Assembly: GCA_028534125.1 (NCBI GenBank)
Contig: CM052828.1
Coordinates: 57,972,001-58,036,000, forward strand
DNA: 64,000 nt
Reading direction: 5' to 3'
Origin: Lama glama
Lineage: Eukaryota
Shown: positions 38,326-50,692 of the stretch, in pieces
Position numbering within the stretch: position 1 is the stretch's first letter
Layout of the letters: every line of letters starts with the position of its first letter
The notes under the pieces: generated by a model
What the model was told of the DNA's origin: nothing
Database searches by the model: none
The model's input: the letters and a program-made list of their open reading frames with translations, nothing else
Translations under genes and position numbers: made by a program

Positions 38326-40841
38326 CACATTATACAGCATAAAGAAACAAGTGTAGAGGCAACAAAAGTAAAATTGTAAAATTTTTACTCTTGCTTCTTA
38401 ATGTATTTCAAGTGTTAATAAAGGTTCAAGACTGTCTGTGATACTGGTATTAGAGTATTATTGACCATAGTTTTTCTAAACTCAGATCAAAGCAAGAACT
38501 AGTAATTCTCAAAATCACTAATTAAGCTTGCTTTCCTCTTTTTAGTATTATTTTAAAATGATCATCCTAAGGAACTATTCTCTTTTCGTACATCATGAAG
38601 CTACAGCTCGTTCATAATCTGTTTGTTATCTGTGATGGCAAAATAAAATATTACTGCGGAATTTCGTTCTGTTTCCTTAAAACGAAAGTTAACTGCTGAG
38701 ACAGCTCCCACGAATAGGCAGATAACACTGGCTTCCACTGACAGACCGGGCAAAAGCCAACGTATCAAGTGCCTTACAAGCTTAGGCACAGAAAGATAAT
38801 TTTGTTCCCAAATAATCAGAAGGTCATGAAAAGAAACAATGTTACACTGATTGCCAAGGTCAGGCTAGGGAGCTTGGCTTTTATCCTTGTGGGTACATAT
38901 CTCTCTCCAGGTCCTATGAACTCTCTCATGGGGTCATGGAGAAAAAGTCTTATCCCATGTTGTTGACAAATCAAAAAAAAAGTTTCTAAAGTAGTTATGC
39001 TAAATGACAAAGTAAACAGGAAGAAGATAAAATGATAAATGTTAGGGTTGAATAAACTCTCGCAGTGATGGGTGTTAAAGTCATTTGCGGAAACATTTTC
39101 AGTTATTTTCAAAGACAACACAAAGTGATACAATTTCTCATAATTTTCCCCCAGAAGCGATAGACTTAAGAAACATAGGGAGTAGCTAAATACAAACTTT
39201 TATCAGCATTTGTATTTTTGTTCTCAAAGAAAGCATTATTAAAATTCTCTAATTTACACCCTGTCCTGTCTGTTGTTTCCAGAACACTCCAGACAAGGCC
39301 TGGTTGACCCTCCTGTGCTGTTCCTTGGATTTGAGTGAGCGTCCTGTCACTGCATGTCAACGTCCTGGACTTGGGCTGGGAGTCTCTGGGTGACTTCAGC
39401 TCTTGTTTGATTATTCAGACCACCGGGCCGTGTGCCAGGAGCTCACGACCGCCAGCTTCTGCTGTTGAAGAGGTGACCCCTGGCTCTCACTAATAGCTTC
39501 CAGCACAGCTGAGCAGTTAAACCTCTGGCTGTGTCTATATTATGTAGCCAGATTATCCTGACATACAAGGTCCTGCATGCCTGACTCTCGTTTTACAGTC
39601 ACGTCTGCTTGTCTTGACTGTTGAACACGTGGTCCCATTTCTGCTGTGCAATACCCTGTTAGCAATTTGAAATGTGATTTAGCAAGAGGTGATAAAATCT
39701 TCCTTAAAAGCTGTTCTTGAGTCTCTTCTTGGAAATACTGAATTTAGATACTGACTAATAAGAAAGTCCCAATGTCCTGTCTGAAATAGTTTGGGACCTA
39801 GAACTGAAAGAAAATTTGTGAAAAACGGTTACAGTATGAACTTAGCAGGGTGACGACTGATTGAAATACATCTTTCTAAAACTATTGCAACATTAAATTA
39901 AATATGAAATGTAAGCTTTCAATTTCACAAAAGCTTAAATTTTTCCTTTTAAAAATTATCTCTAATAATTTATTATGATTTCATATCCAAAATGTCAGTT
40001 ATGCTGATATGCCCTTGAAATTCCTAGTACTTTTATTAAAAAACAGTGGTTGTGGTCTTTAGAAAAAATGTGAGCCCTCACAGAGAAAAAAATTATTCCC
40101 CAATGCCTGTACACCTTAGGTTAGAGATTATTACGTTTTTTTAAAAAATGTGACTCATTTGAGAAACTGATTAATGGGGTGAACGTATTCTTAGAAAGAG
40201 TGTCCTTTGAATTCCTATACTGTTTGTTTTTAAGTCAAGTTCCAAGGGCTGATCAGCAGTGTAAACCATTATCTCCCAATTCTTTGATCACTCAGGTTGT
40301 GGTTCTGCTACTGGCCATTGCTCTCACCCTCTCAGGGGAGACATCCTCCAAGAGGGCCCAGTTGCTTCAGAATAAAGAAGGCTGACTCAGCTCCAGAAGC
40401 GTCTCTTTGTAGCCTGCATGGCAACATTGCAAGTGAAGGTAATCCTGAAGCATGGAGCACACAGTCAATTTCTGGCCAAGAAAGCTGAATTCACTTGAGA
40501 AGTTCAAAGTTCAACTAGCCTGGCCATCAGCTACTGGAACAGCCAGTAGCAGGGTTTAATCCCACTTAGTTCATCAGAGCAAAATGGTGACGGCCACTGT
40601 CTGAGAATCATTTTATATTATGAGCGCTTCATACATATCACTTGGAATTTCTAAGATGTCCTATTATAACTGCTTCAGAGATGGGGAGCTAGGCTCTGAA
40701 AACTTGATCAAAACCGTAGTTTGTACGTAGTTTGTAACTTGTTGGATTGAACCGTCTCAATCCCAGGACTGCAGTTTTACGAAGTCCAGTCTCAAAGACA
40801 GTTTTGATCGTTTGGCAGTATTTGAGAGGTGGTTAAATGAT

Positions 40842-41183
40842 TGTCTTAGGCAGGGTTTTCCGTGTGATTATGGAGGCTGGCAAGTCCAAAATCTACAGAG
40901 TAGGCCAGCAGTCTGCAAACTCAAGGAAGAGTTGAATTTTCAGTCTTGAATCTGAAGGCAGCCTAGAGACAGAATTCCTTCTTTCTTGGGGCATCTCAAT
41001 CTTTTAAGACTTATAGCTGGGGGAAACCCACCCAAATTATGAAGAGTAATCTGCTTTATTCAAAGTCAACTGATTTAATGTTAATTTCATTTAAAAACTA
41101 CCTTCGCAGTAACATCCAGACTGGTGTTTGACCAAAAACTGGGTACCATGGTCTAGCCGAGTTGACATGTAAAGTTAACCACA
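40842..41183 (-). mobile_element. ERVL solo LTR, MLT2 family, with 5-bp TSD
   Basis: TG...CA ends; 'gattatggaggctggcaagtccaaaatct', 'taatctgctttattcaaagtcaactgattta', 'acatccagactggtgtttgaccaaa..ctgggtacc'. Flanks ATGAT / ACGAT. Confidence 0.9.
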
Positions 41184-43904
41184 ACGATGTAGCCAAGTGG
41201 CAAGGATCTGATTGGTGACTGACAGTTTCGAGACCTTTCTGAGGTTCCGTGATTATGTTGTTCTACACGTGAGGCAAAATGCCAGTAGGATGGTTGAGTA
41301 CAACCAAGCCAGGAGACATGTCCTCAAGGAGTCCACCATCAAATAAGAGAATCACCGTGAACATAGGAAAAAAAAACCCATTTAAAGTGCAGTTCACGAA
41401 GTGGCTTTCGTGAGTCTTATAAATAGCTTGCGGACGTTTGCCAATGTTTTTTGGTCCTGACCTCTTTCCCGAGCTGCCGTGGCCGAGCAGTTCGCAGGAT
41501 GAGGAAGCAGAGATCAGAAAGGTCAATATCATAAGTCAATAGGACTGAGGCTGAGCTGAGATGTATTATCTGACTCCCAGTCCTTTTCCTGCTGTCTTGG
41601 CTTCTGCCTCTGCTTTATCAGGCCAGCACAGGTGGGTTAGCGGAATGATTCTGGGCATGAGATCAAAATTTGTGCGTAGGTCTGCCCGGACTTCTAGTGG
41701 GGTTGCAGAGCCACTGAGACAGCCTTGACCATATAGCAACCCTCTTGTTCTCGGCCGTGTGCTGTTATTGCAAGCTCCGTTTCAGGAGAGCATGGGGAGT
41801 GGTTAGTGAGGAAGGAAGATGTTGCGAAGTTCGACCGTTCTGACCCTGGGGTGATGGAGGTTGCAATCAGATGACCTTTGTGTCCATGATCTGACCTTGA
41901 CCTATAACTATCCACTGAAGAGGGTTTTGCTTGTTGCCTGGGACCCCTTAATGGAACCTAAACCTGAGAGTAACACTGCATGCATCTCAAGTATCAAGTC
42001 AGTTTACAGCCAATACGGTTAATATGCTCCCCTACCCTTGCCTGCTCCAGAATTATTCCAAGAAATTTCAGTAATGGCTGGGAAATAAATGACCCTTTTT
42101 CATTCCTAACCAGATTTACTGTGCCACCTGGTTTGCAGTCCCCTCATCTCGCCAAAGGTCTCGAATCATGACCTGAAGATGAGCAACAAAATTTTATTAG
42201 TGAGACTTTTAATAAACATTTAAAATTTGCTTTTAAAGTGAATAACCCATTAAAAGTCAAGCCAGCCTTCTGAAAAATAAATCAGCCCCCAGCACCTTGG
42301 CGTTTCCAATGTAAAGATAAGATTTCAAAAACCAACTCACTTAAAAATCTGAACAGAAACTTCACACCTGCAGATCATCTTAGAAATGTGCAAAATGCAG
42401 ACACATTTTTAACAAATATAGAAATAACATCCACACATTAGAAATAGAAACTGAGAAACATGAAATCTTACGATCTTGCAATAAACTTTAGAGATGAAAA
42501 AATGAAATGGCCCCCAAAAGAACAGATCAGTGACTTTTTATCATTCTAATGCTAAGATGAGAAGACATTTACTATCTTTTCTCACACATTAATTTTTATA
42601 TGAAGACATTTCAAAAATCGTTTGACTGAAAAGATAAATTTAAAACATTAAAGATTTTCCTTAGGAGGGAGGTTTGGCTTTTGCAAAACTTGAATGATGA
42701 GATGAATTACATAAATTTTATGACATGACCCCCATTTTCCATTAACCAACCTCTGACCTCTAACCTCATAACCCTTGGGGCAATTATAAGTGTTGTGGAC
42801 CTAATAGTAGCTAGCGAGAAATAGGTAGAAAGCAATATAGGATCATGCATTGAGCGGTATGTTAAAGACTCTGAATGCAGCAGCTGATTAGGTGAAGAGA
42901 GGGCAATGGGAAGTCATGGGGCAACCGTGGTAAATTCAGAATCTTCACGGAGGACCTAAAGTGTACATTGGATTCAACTGGCAGATACCGATACAGCGAT
43001 AAAATTGTTGTGTTAGGTTTTCAGTAATTAGCGAGTGAAAAAAAATGCTTTTTCAGTTTTCCAAAATCATATCTGTAGGCAATAGTTTGAGAATATTAAC
43101 CTAAGAAGGAATACTATGATCACTCAAATAAAATTTAAGGGAAAACTGTAAGTAATTTTCAGTACTTCAATCATTAGCCATAAAATTGAAAGAACAACCA
43201 GTCAGCAAGTCCGATCTGTTTGTATGACCCGAGTGTCTTTCGTCTTGCTCCCACTTTTCATTGCCATCGTCCCTGCCACAGCTCCCCCCAAGGCTGGCCC
43301 ACCGCCCATCGCCGGGGGCAGTGCTCGCATACGGTCCAGCGATGGCTCCCTTGGACTCCCTGAGTGCAGCGCCTGGGGCAACGCCGAGGCAAGGACTTTT
43401 CATCCTTATCACTCCCTCCTGGGCCTCGTGCTCCTTTTTTATCTAGTTACCTCCTTTCTCCATCCAACTCTACTTTGTAAACTGACACAACAGTTGTCTT
43501 TCAAAAATTCATACCTGACTGTTCCCGTTCATTCTGTCACTCCTTCCTTCCTTCATTTATTCATTCATCAAAAGGCTACCAATTTCCCCAATATTCATAG
43601 TTTTTATAAGAACTAGTGTACCTCTCAAAATTTAAACTGTCAGAGCTTTTTTACTTGATTTCAATAAGTTTTTGTTTATTATGTACAGGAACCTTGGCGA
43701 ACCCCAGAACACCCACTGCCTTCTAGATGGGACAGCCCCACCCCTCCAGGCACCCAGCTGCTCCTCACCTGGTAGGTTCCCTTCCAGAACTTTTGAAGAA
43801 TTTGCAGACATTTCCTGTAAGCTGCTGGGCTGTTTTCTGAAGCCTGGCTCTCACGTGTGCTGTTAGTTCTGCCTGAAGTTTTCTGTCTTTTTGACCTTCG
43901 TGAC

Positions 43905-44053
43905 CCGCTAGAAGGTCTACAATGCCAAGCTGTAGGAGGGCAGGGGCTCTTGTTCTTTGCTCCCTGAGATTTTACAAGCACCTAGAACAGTGCCCAGCAC
44001 GTAAGAGGCACTCAATAAATATTTGTTCAATGAATGAATGAGTGAGTGAGTGA
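43905..44053 (+). mobile_element. L2 (L2a-like) 3' terminus
   Basis: 'gcacctagaacagtgcccagcacgtaagaggcactcaataaatatttgttcaatgaatgaatgagtgag'. Confidence 0.9.
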
Positions 44054-46164
44054 AGGCCCAGCTCACTTTGCTTCTTCGGAGCAGCACTGGGAGTTCGTGA
44101 AAACAAACACTCCAGCAGCTAAAAGGGGTGATGCTGGGGAGGTGTTTCATGGAACCCTAGGGGCTTCCCAGGCCAGAATGCTCAGGGCCCCTGCCAGGAG
44201 CTTTCCCAGAAAGGCTTGCCTGAGGAATCACTCCTGAGAGAAGAAGGAAGCAGCGAACATCAGGAAATGGGGTCTGGAAAGTTGTGTCAATCCCGTAAGA
44301 ATTTTCGTGTCTCGTGTTGACTTGATTGTACTCATCCGTGACTCAGCTTCTGATGAACTGCACGAAATGTGTTTATCCTCTAAAAGTGTGGTGTAGACAT
44401 GCAAAATGAAACGGAGACATGAGAGCCTAAAGCAAACCTGTAAGAACAATGTCAGGAGAGGCTCAAACCCGTGACAAATGAAGTTCATGAAAAGTGCTGG
44501 AAAAAAATAGAGCTTTTTGTTTGTTTGAAGCTACAAGAACAAAAGAGGCCTGGGCCTTTGGGAAATAGGATGTAACATTGGCCAAATCTGTGTGATTCCC
44601 ATTTTGCTTTGGTGCCTTCAGCTCAGAGGCGGGTCCTAAACTGCAAAGATCTGGCGGCGAAAAAAACCAAAATGCAAAGAATATTTAAAAGCAAAGAATA
44701 TTTAAAGCAAAACCAACCAGTGTAAATACATCCAAACCTCTATGTACATGAGAATTATGTCTGAATGTGTTAAATGTGTGTGCAATCTCAGCAAAACTTT
44801 ATAATTTTAAAAAATATATGAATTCTCTGAGGGTTTTTTTTTTCCCTGACTAAAGAATGGCAAATATTACAAACCTTCTGGAATTTCTAGAAACTATAGA
44901 CTATTGTGAAATTTGGCCAAAATATACAATGAATCCTTATAGTCGACTGAGTATTTCAAGAAGAATCTGGTGACTGCGCATTCCGTGGGACATGTCAAGC
45001 CAGACCAGAGCCATTTAATAGTTCTTGCTAGGGTGACGAGGCACGCGTCTGCAGTGTACCAGATGCAGGTGACAGTCACTCTCATATCGCTGTGACTGTG
45101 ATATAGAAATGTTGAAGGAACAGGAGATATTGGGACTAACCCAGACTTACAACATCGGGGTGCTGTCTGCTGCTTAATTATCCGAGGCCGTGATGGAGTT
45201 CAGAAGTCCAACATGCCCTGTCTTTAGGTCCATCTATCTCAAGATGTTTATTAGTAGCCAAAATGAAGGCATAAGAGAAAGACAGATCTATTTTAGGGAA
45301 ACGAATGCTTTTGAGGAATAACTGATATACTGCACTACAGTTGCTCTGTGATGCTTATTTATTTTAGAGTACCTGGGACACATGTTTTGGGGACTCCATC
45401 CGGCTAACCGTGGGAGGTGACATGTGACATCTTAAGATGTCTGAAAATGTGAAATCCCTCCATTATTATATAACTATTTAGGTGTTAATAAGATTTTTCG
45501 TTGTATCATGACATTTCATGGACCAGGTCATGATGTCTAGACAAGAGACCATCTTTGTGGCTGTCACAGCCATCACGAGCGTTGCTAAGCCCTTGCGCAC
45601 CTCCCTCTGGGTGTGCTCTGCCAGACGCTGTGTGAAATTGGTTTGCCCCGTCTTGCAGTCTAGGTCTTTACCGTGAGTCGCAGCAAAGCTTTGGTAGGAA
45701 TTTCATGAACAGGAAGCTGACAACTTCAGGAACCATATTCAAATATCAGACCTGGTGGAAACTTTCTTTCAGGGTCTACTTCCTAATAGTGCAAGGCATG
45801 CTGTAAGACTCCGTAAGGAGGCGTGACGGGGGTTGTAGGTTTAGGAGAAATGGGCCTTGAAATAGAAGGAAAAATAACTGACTCTACTTCTCAGAAAGAC
45901 TGCGATTTTGAAGTAAAATTTCAGCAGAATCCATACATACTCTATACACACTGGAACTGAGACCCAATTCTGGAATCACCTCCTGAGTGACTGTTAACAA
46001 GTCAGTTTGCAACCCTGGGCTCCAGCTTTCTCTTCAGGTACATGGAAAATATTACATAACATCAGGATAAGAATAGTAACATCATTGGTATAGCGTCTTC
46101 GACTACGACTATGTAGCTTTAGAAAGAGCCAATGTGATGCGTTACTGATTTGATACAATAACCA

Positions 46165-46320
46165 CTCGAGGGTTATTATGATCCCTGTTGTACAGATGAG
46201 GAAGCGGATGCCCAGGGAGTTTGAGGGGCTTGCCGTGGACTATGACAAGCTGCTCTCCCGTGTCAGCATCAGGACTGAGGCCCAGGAGACCCAGGCAGCC
46301 TGGGCTACAGTCCCCAATGC
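46165..46320 (-). mobile_element. MIR SINE fragment
   Basis: 'ttattatgatccctgttgtacagatgaggaagcggatgcccagggag...cttgcc'. Confidence 0.7.
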
Positions 46321-47444
46321 CTGCTCCACCAGCAAACCAGGTTCTTGACAAGGCATGTGACTTTCCAAACCACCAAGTTCCTTCCTTCTGAAAACAGGGT
46401 GGTGGAGAAGCCTAACATGCCTACAGCCAAGTCGTCGAATAATTTTGTATCAAAAATTATGTTCATTGAGATAGTTTCACCTATCTGTGTTGGTACTAAA
46501 CGTTAGTAATTGTAAAAGATCGTAGCATCACAGAAGACATGAAATATGAGTACTCACCTGTGTGTCTTCATGTCTTTCCACCTGAACCCAATTTAAGGGC
46601 AGTTTTGATGAATGTTTTAAGAAGAATTCCTGGCAGCTGGTTGATGTTTCTGCCCATTTCTATGTGACCTTGCTCTTCCAAGTTCTGACCCACATCTTAG
46701 TTTCCATCTCAAAAAAGATGGTTGCTTCAGTAGATGATGGGGTCCTCATATTTTTTTTCCTTTTTTAAAAAAATCTACTACAGTTTAGAAAAAATGAGTG
46801 CTGGCTGTTCAGTATTATGTAAAGCAGCACATCCACCCCTAGGAAGCTCAGATCGAGGCCAGGCAAGCATCTACAGATACAGCTTTAAAAGAAACTCGAC
46901 TTGAGCTACTTGGACTTTCCATTCTTGGTGTATGATACTTTCATTCTAGCCAAGAGAGGACAATGAAAACTTTTCAAGGAGGTCAGAAGTTAAGTTCCCT
47001 GCTCTAATTTGATTTGCCCCAACTGGAGGGCATTTTCAACACAATAATGAACCGTTTTCAGCAGTTTTCAAACAGTCTTAAGGATCTTTTCAACTCTCTG
47101 GTTTCCATGTACGGTGAGTGGACACATATGTTAATGACGGATGTTTACTACCAAAGCTGATGCTGAAATAACACCGCTGGCCAGTCTGCCGTGTTTATTT
47201 CCACCCATGTTGTTGGCTTTCCTTGTAGGTTTTTCTTTTTCCCTCACCTTCTCTTCTGCCCCAAGGAGCTCATTCACACTGACGTTACATTTCTTCCTCA
47301 GCCCTGCTCTGCCTTCTGGGATGCACCCCATGCTCTGAATCATGGCTGATGCTGTAGAATTTTTTTTCCTTCTATGAGGCATCCCATAATTCCTAATTTC
47401 CAAAATTTCACATTTTGTTAGCTGATACTCCAAGAGAAACTGCA

Positions 47445-47900
47445 TGTCATGATTCAGCCAGGGCTCGGAGAGAGATGGACGGCACGCTCAAAGGTGTGAT
47501 GGAGGTGAGTTTAATAAGCGAGTTCTGCTGAGGTGGAGGCAGGCTTAAGAGACCCAGCAAAGGAGAGCGAAGGCACCAGGAGCTGACTACCACGGGAGCT
47601 GTCACCGCACCACCTGGGCCTGAAGAGGTAAAGGTCCGGAATGAAGTGAAGCGCTGGCGCCCTGGGGAAGCACCGGAGCCCTGGAAAGAGGCCTCTCAGT
47701 AGAGACAGTAAGCAGTGATTCAGCCGCCGTGAGAACTGCAGTCAGGGAGGGGACTCCCGCAGGTGTACCTCTGAGGAGCTGGGGGCAGGTGAGCCCAGGT
47801 GACCCCGAAGTCATTCTCCACTTGTTAGGGGGAGGCCTCCCGAGACGCAGAGCAAGGCAGAACGGGGTGAAGGATGGTCTTGCTGTGCTGGGGAGATGCA
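47445..47900. mobile_element. Old eutherian LTR fragment, family uncertain
   Basis: 'ggcacgctcaaag...gagtttaataag...ggcaggcttaagagacccagcaa...caccacctgggcctgaagagg' resembles old LTR consensuses. Confidence 0.45.
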
Positions 47901-48379
47901 AACTCCTGGAGACTGAATACTTTGACCCAAATAAATATTCCCCCCCAAAGGAGTTTCAGGCACAAAAAGGATGGCTTACTGTATGACAGTGCTAATGGGA
48001 CCAGGCTGAACCGATTCTAAATTTTGCACAATGCCTTGTAGGATATATACAGATCTAAATATGGTAACCAAATTCTTGAATTGCTCAGCTTGTATAGTAA
48101 TCACATGGTAATTCCCACTGGAAGTCCTGAAAAGATACAGTGATTCGCACCAGATACTAATATTCCACCACCATGAATTGTAGGAAGCAGCAGCTCTCCC
48201 CGACAACAGGTAAGGGAGGGTACAAAACACTTTTTAAGAGCAACACATTCTTACTTAAGAGGCACGCAAGCACGAGCTCTGGAGTGTTTGGGTTTCCTCT
48301 CCCCCATGTCAAATTGTCCTGATTGTCTGGTTTTAACCTGAGCTGGAAGAGACAACACCATGCAATCGAGTTTCTCTTC

Positions 48380-50047
48380 TATTTTAATTTAATTTTTACT
48401 TATTAAATTTTGAAACAATCTTTTCTCACAGAAAAGTTGCAAGTGAAGTACAAAGAAGCGCTTCCCTGCGGCCTATTTGAGAGTATACTCCCGGTGTGAT
48501 TGCGCACATCGCCACCGAAGTACTTCAGAGTGTATTTCCAATGAACGAAGAGCTTTTCTCTGCAACCAGGATGCAGGCGTCACAGTCGGGAGAGAGCCAT
48601 TCCTGCTGCCCTGACAGCCAGTCCTCAGACCCCATTCGAGTTCTTTCCAATGGTTCCAGAAGTGCTCTTGTCTGACAGAATGTCTTGGTTCTGAATCACA
48701 CCTTGCTTTAGCTGTAATTGATCCTTGAATCTGGAAGAGTTCCCCCATCACTCCCCTGAGTCTCATGACCTTGAGAGTTTTGGAGATTACAGGCCATTTA
48801 TTTTGTAGAATTCTCGAACAAAATTTGGATTTGCCTGAGGTTTCCTCATAAGTGAACTCAGATCATGTATTTTTGGCTGGGACATCTCAGACGGGATGTT
48901 TGTCCTACCCGGGGGAAGAGAATTTCAATTTCTTGCATTATTGATTAAGTTAATATTGATCAGTTGATTCAGCTGGTGTCTGCCAGACTTCTCCACTTTG
49001 AAAAGTCATTTTCTTTTGGTAATTGATAGTTATTTGTGGGGGTGTGGAGTTTTTGAGGTTAGATAAAAACTGCATTCCTCATCACACCGTCCACCTGTTC
49101 AGGGATACACAATGTCAGTATGTCCTCGTAGGTTCTTTTTATTCAATGGGTTACCTCAGTTGTTATCATTATTTATTTTAACGTCCACACCGTCCCAGAT
49201 GTGACCAGTAAGAGCCTCGTTAAGACGACTCCGGTGTCCCTTTGACATGCCCCCGCAACTTTTCTTAGTGCATCTCTTTACTTTCTGGCACAAGATGCTC
49301 CAGGCTTTTTGTGCAGTCTCTCTACCCTGGTCTTGGAATCAAGCATTTCTCCCAGAAGCCCCAGCTCCCGGCAGGGGAGCACAGTGCTAGAAACCAAGAT
49401 CTGGGTACCAGGGGTGCCAGCTGTATTCGAGGTGTCGCTATTCTGGGCTCTCCCAGTGGACAGAAGTAAGGACTCCTGCAGATAAACAAGGTAACTAAGT
49501 ATATAGGAGGTAGTTCTCTCACTGGTGGGAGAAGGGAATTATAAGCATATACACACATTTACTTGTAAATTATTTCGGTATCTATTTGTAGCTATTGAAA
49601 ACCATGAGTTCTCTCTGATACGTCATTGCTAAATGCAATCACACAGGATTCTTTCTAGATCTATCTCTTTTCATGTTTGTAATTCTTCTCTTCCAGCAGT
49701 GAGAAAACTGCCTTATACAACCCTTCAATTAATTTACCCGTAGGACCAGTTCCCCTTTATGCAGCCAATCTTCTGTTTTTCCTCCTGTCCCGCCTACCCT
49801 CAGGCTGTGACACCCCTGCCAGGCCAGACCCCACAGGACGCTCTGTCCACGTTGCTTCATCTGCAGCATCCATGCTGAGCTGGACCGTTTCCTCGTGTGA
49901 ATGCCACCCCTGCTCCGCCTGGGCTCAGACTCCCTGCGCTCGGCTGCCCTCCTGCCAGGTGCCCTCCTTCCCTCATTTGGGTCCCAGCTTCTAGGGCTGG
50001 GCTGTCGCCTCCACCCACCTTGTGTGGGTGCCCTCCTCATGCTCATC
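48380..50047 (-). mobile_element. Old L1 3' region (L1MC4-like)
   Basis: 'tcacagaaaagttgcaa', 'acaggccatttattttgtagaat', 'ggtgtctgccagacttctccact', 'tagaaaccaagatctgggt', 'tgaaaaccatgagttc', then C-rich degenerate repeats 'gccctcctc...ggctcagac'. Confidence 0.8.
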
Positions 50048-50062
50048 CCTTCGTGTCTTGTT

Positions 50063-50120
50063 TTTTTAAAACTGAAGTATAGGTGATTTCCAATGTTGTA
50101 TGTAGCACAGTGATTCAGTT

Positions 50121-50156
<36 letters not shown>

Positions 50157-50571
50157 GTATTCTTTTTTGTTACAGATTAGTACAAGCTATTGAATACACT
50201 GTAGGACCTGTGTACAGTAGGATACAGGTGCGTTACAGTAGGATCCTGTGCTGTACAGTAGGGCCTTCCTGTTTTTCTATTTTGTATACAGTAGTTTGTA
50301 TCTGCTAATCCCAAACTCCTAATTTATCCCTCTCCCCTGCGCCCTTTCCCCTTTGGTAACCATAAGTTTGTTTCTATGTCTGTGAGTCTGTTTCAGTTTT
50401 ATAAATAAGTTCATTTGTGTCACTCTTTTTTAAGATTCCCCATGTAAGTGATATCTCATAGTATTTGTCTTTCCTTTCTGACTTACTTCACTTAGTATAA
50501 TAATCTCTAGCTCCATCCATGTTGCTGCAAATGGCATTATTTCATTCTTTTTATGGCTGAGTAGTATTCCT

Positions 50572-50609
<38 letters not shown>

Positions 50610-50692
50610 GTACTCCATCTTCTTTACCCAGTCATCTGTCAATGGCTATTTAGGTTGCTTCCATGTCTTGGCCATTGTAAATAGCGCTGCTA
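50063..50692 (-). mobile_element. 5'-truncated L1 (ORF2 C-terminus + 3' UTR) with TSD and two compound microsatellites
   Basis: ORF 50430-50642 gives 'KKNEIMPFAATWMELEIIILSEVSQ', the typical L1 ORF2 C-terminus. Flanks ccttcgtgtcttgtt (50048-50062) and ccttcatgccttctt (50693-50707). Confidence 0.93.

Noticed and set aside
40716..44711. Tiny tandem duplications cgtagtttgta x2 (~40716) and gcaaagaatatttaaa x2 (44674-44706)
   Set aside because: Ordinary slippage products with no sign of function.
46534..46577. 10-bp inverted repeat aagacatgaa/ttcatgtctt around a palindromic tgagtactca
   Set aside because: Stem is short with a long spacer; near the level expected by chance in 64 kb.
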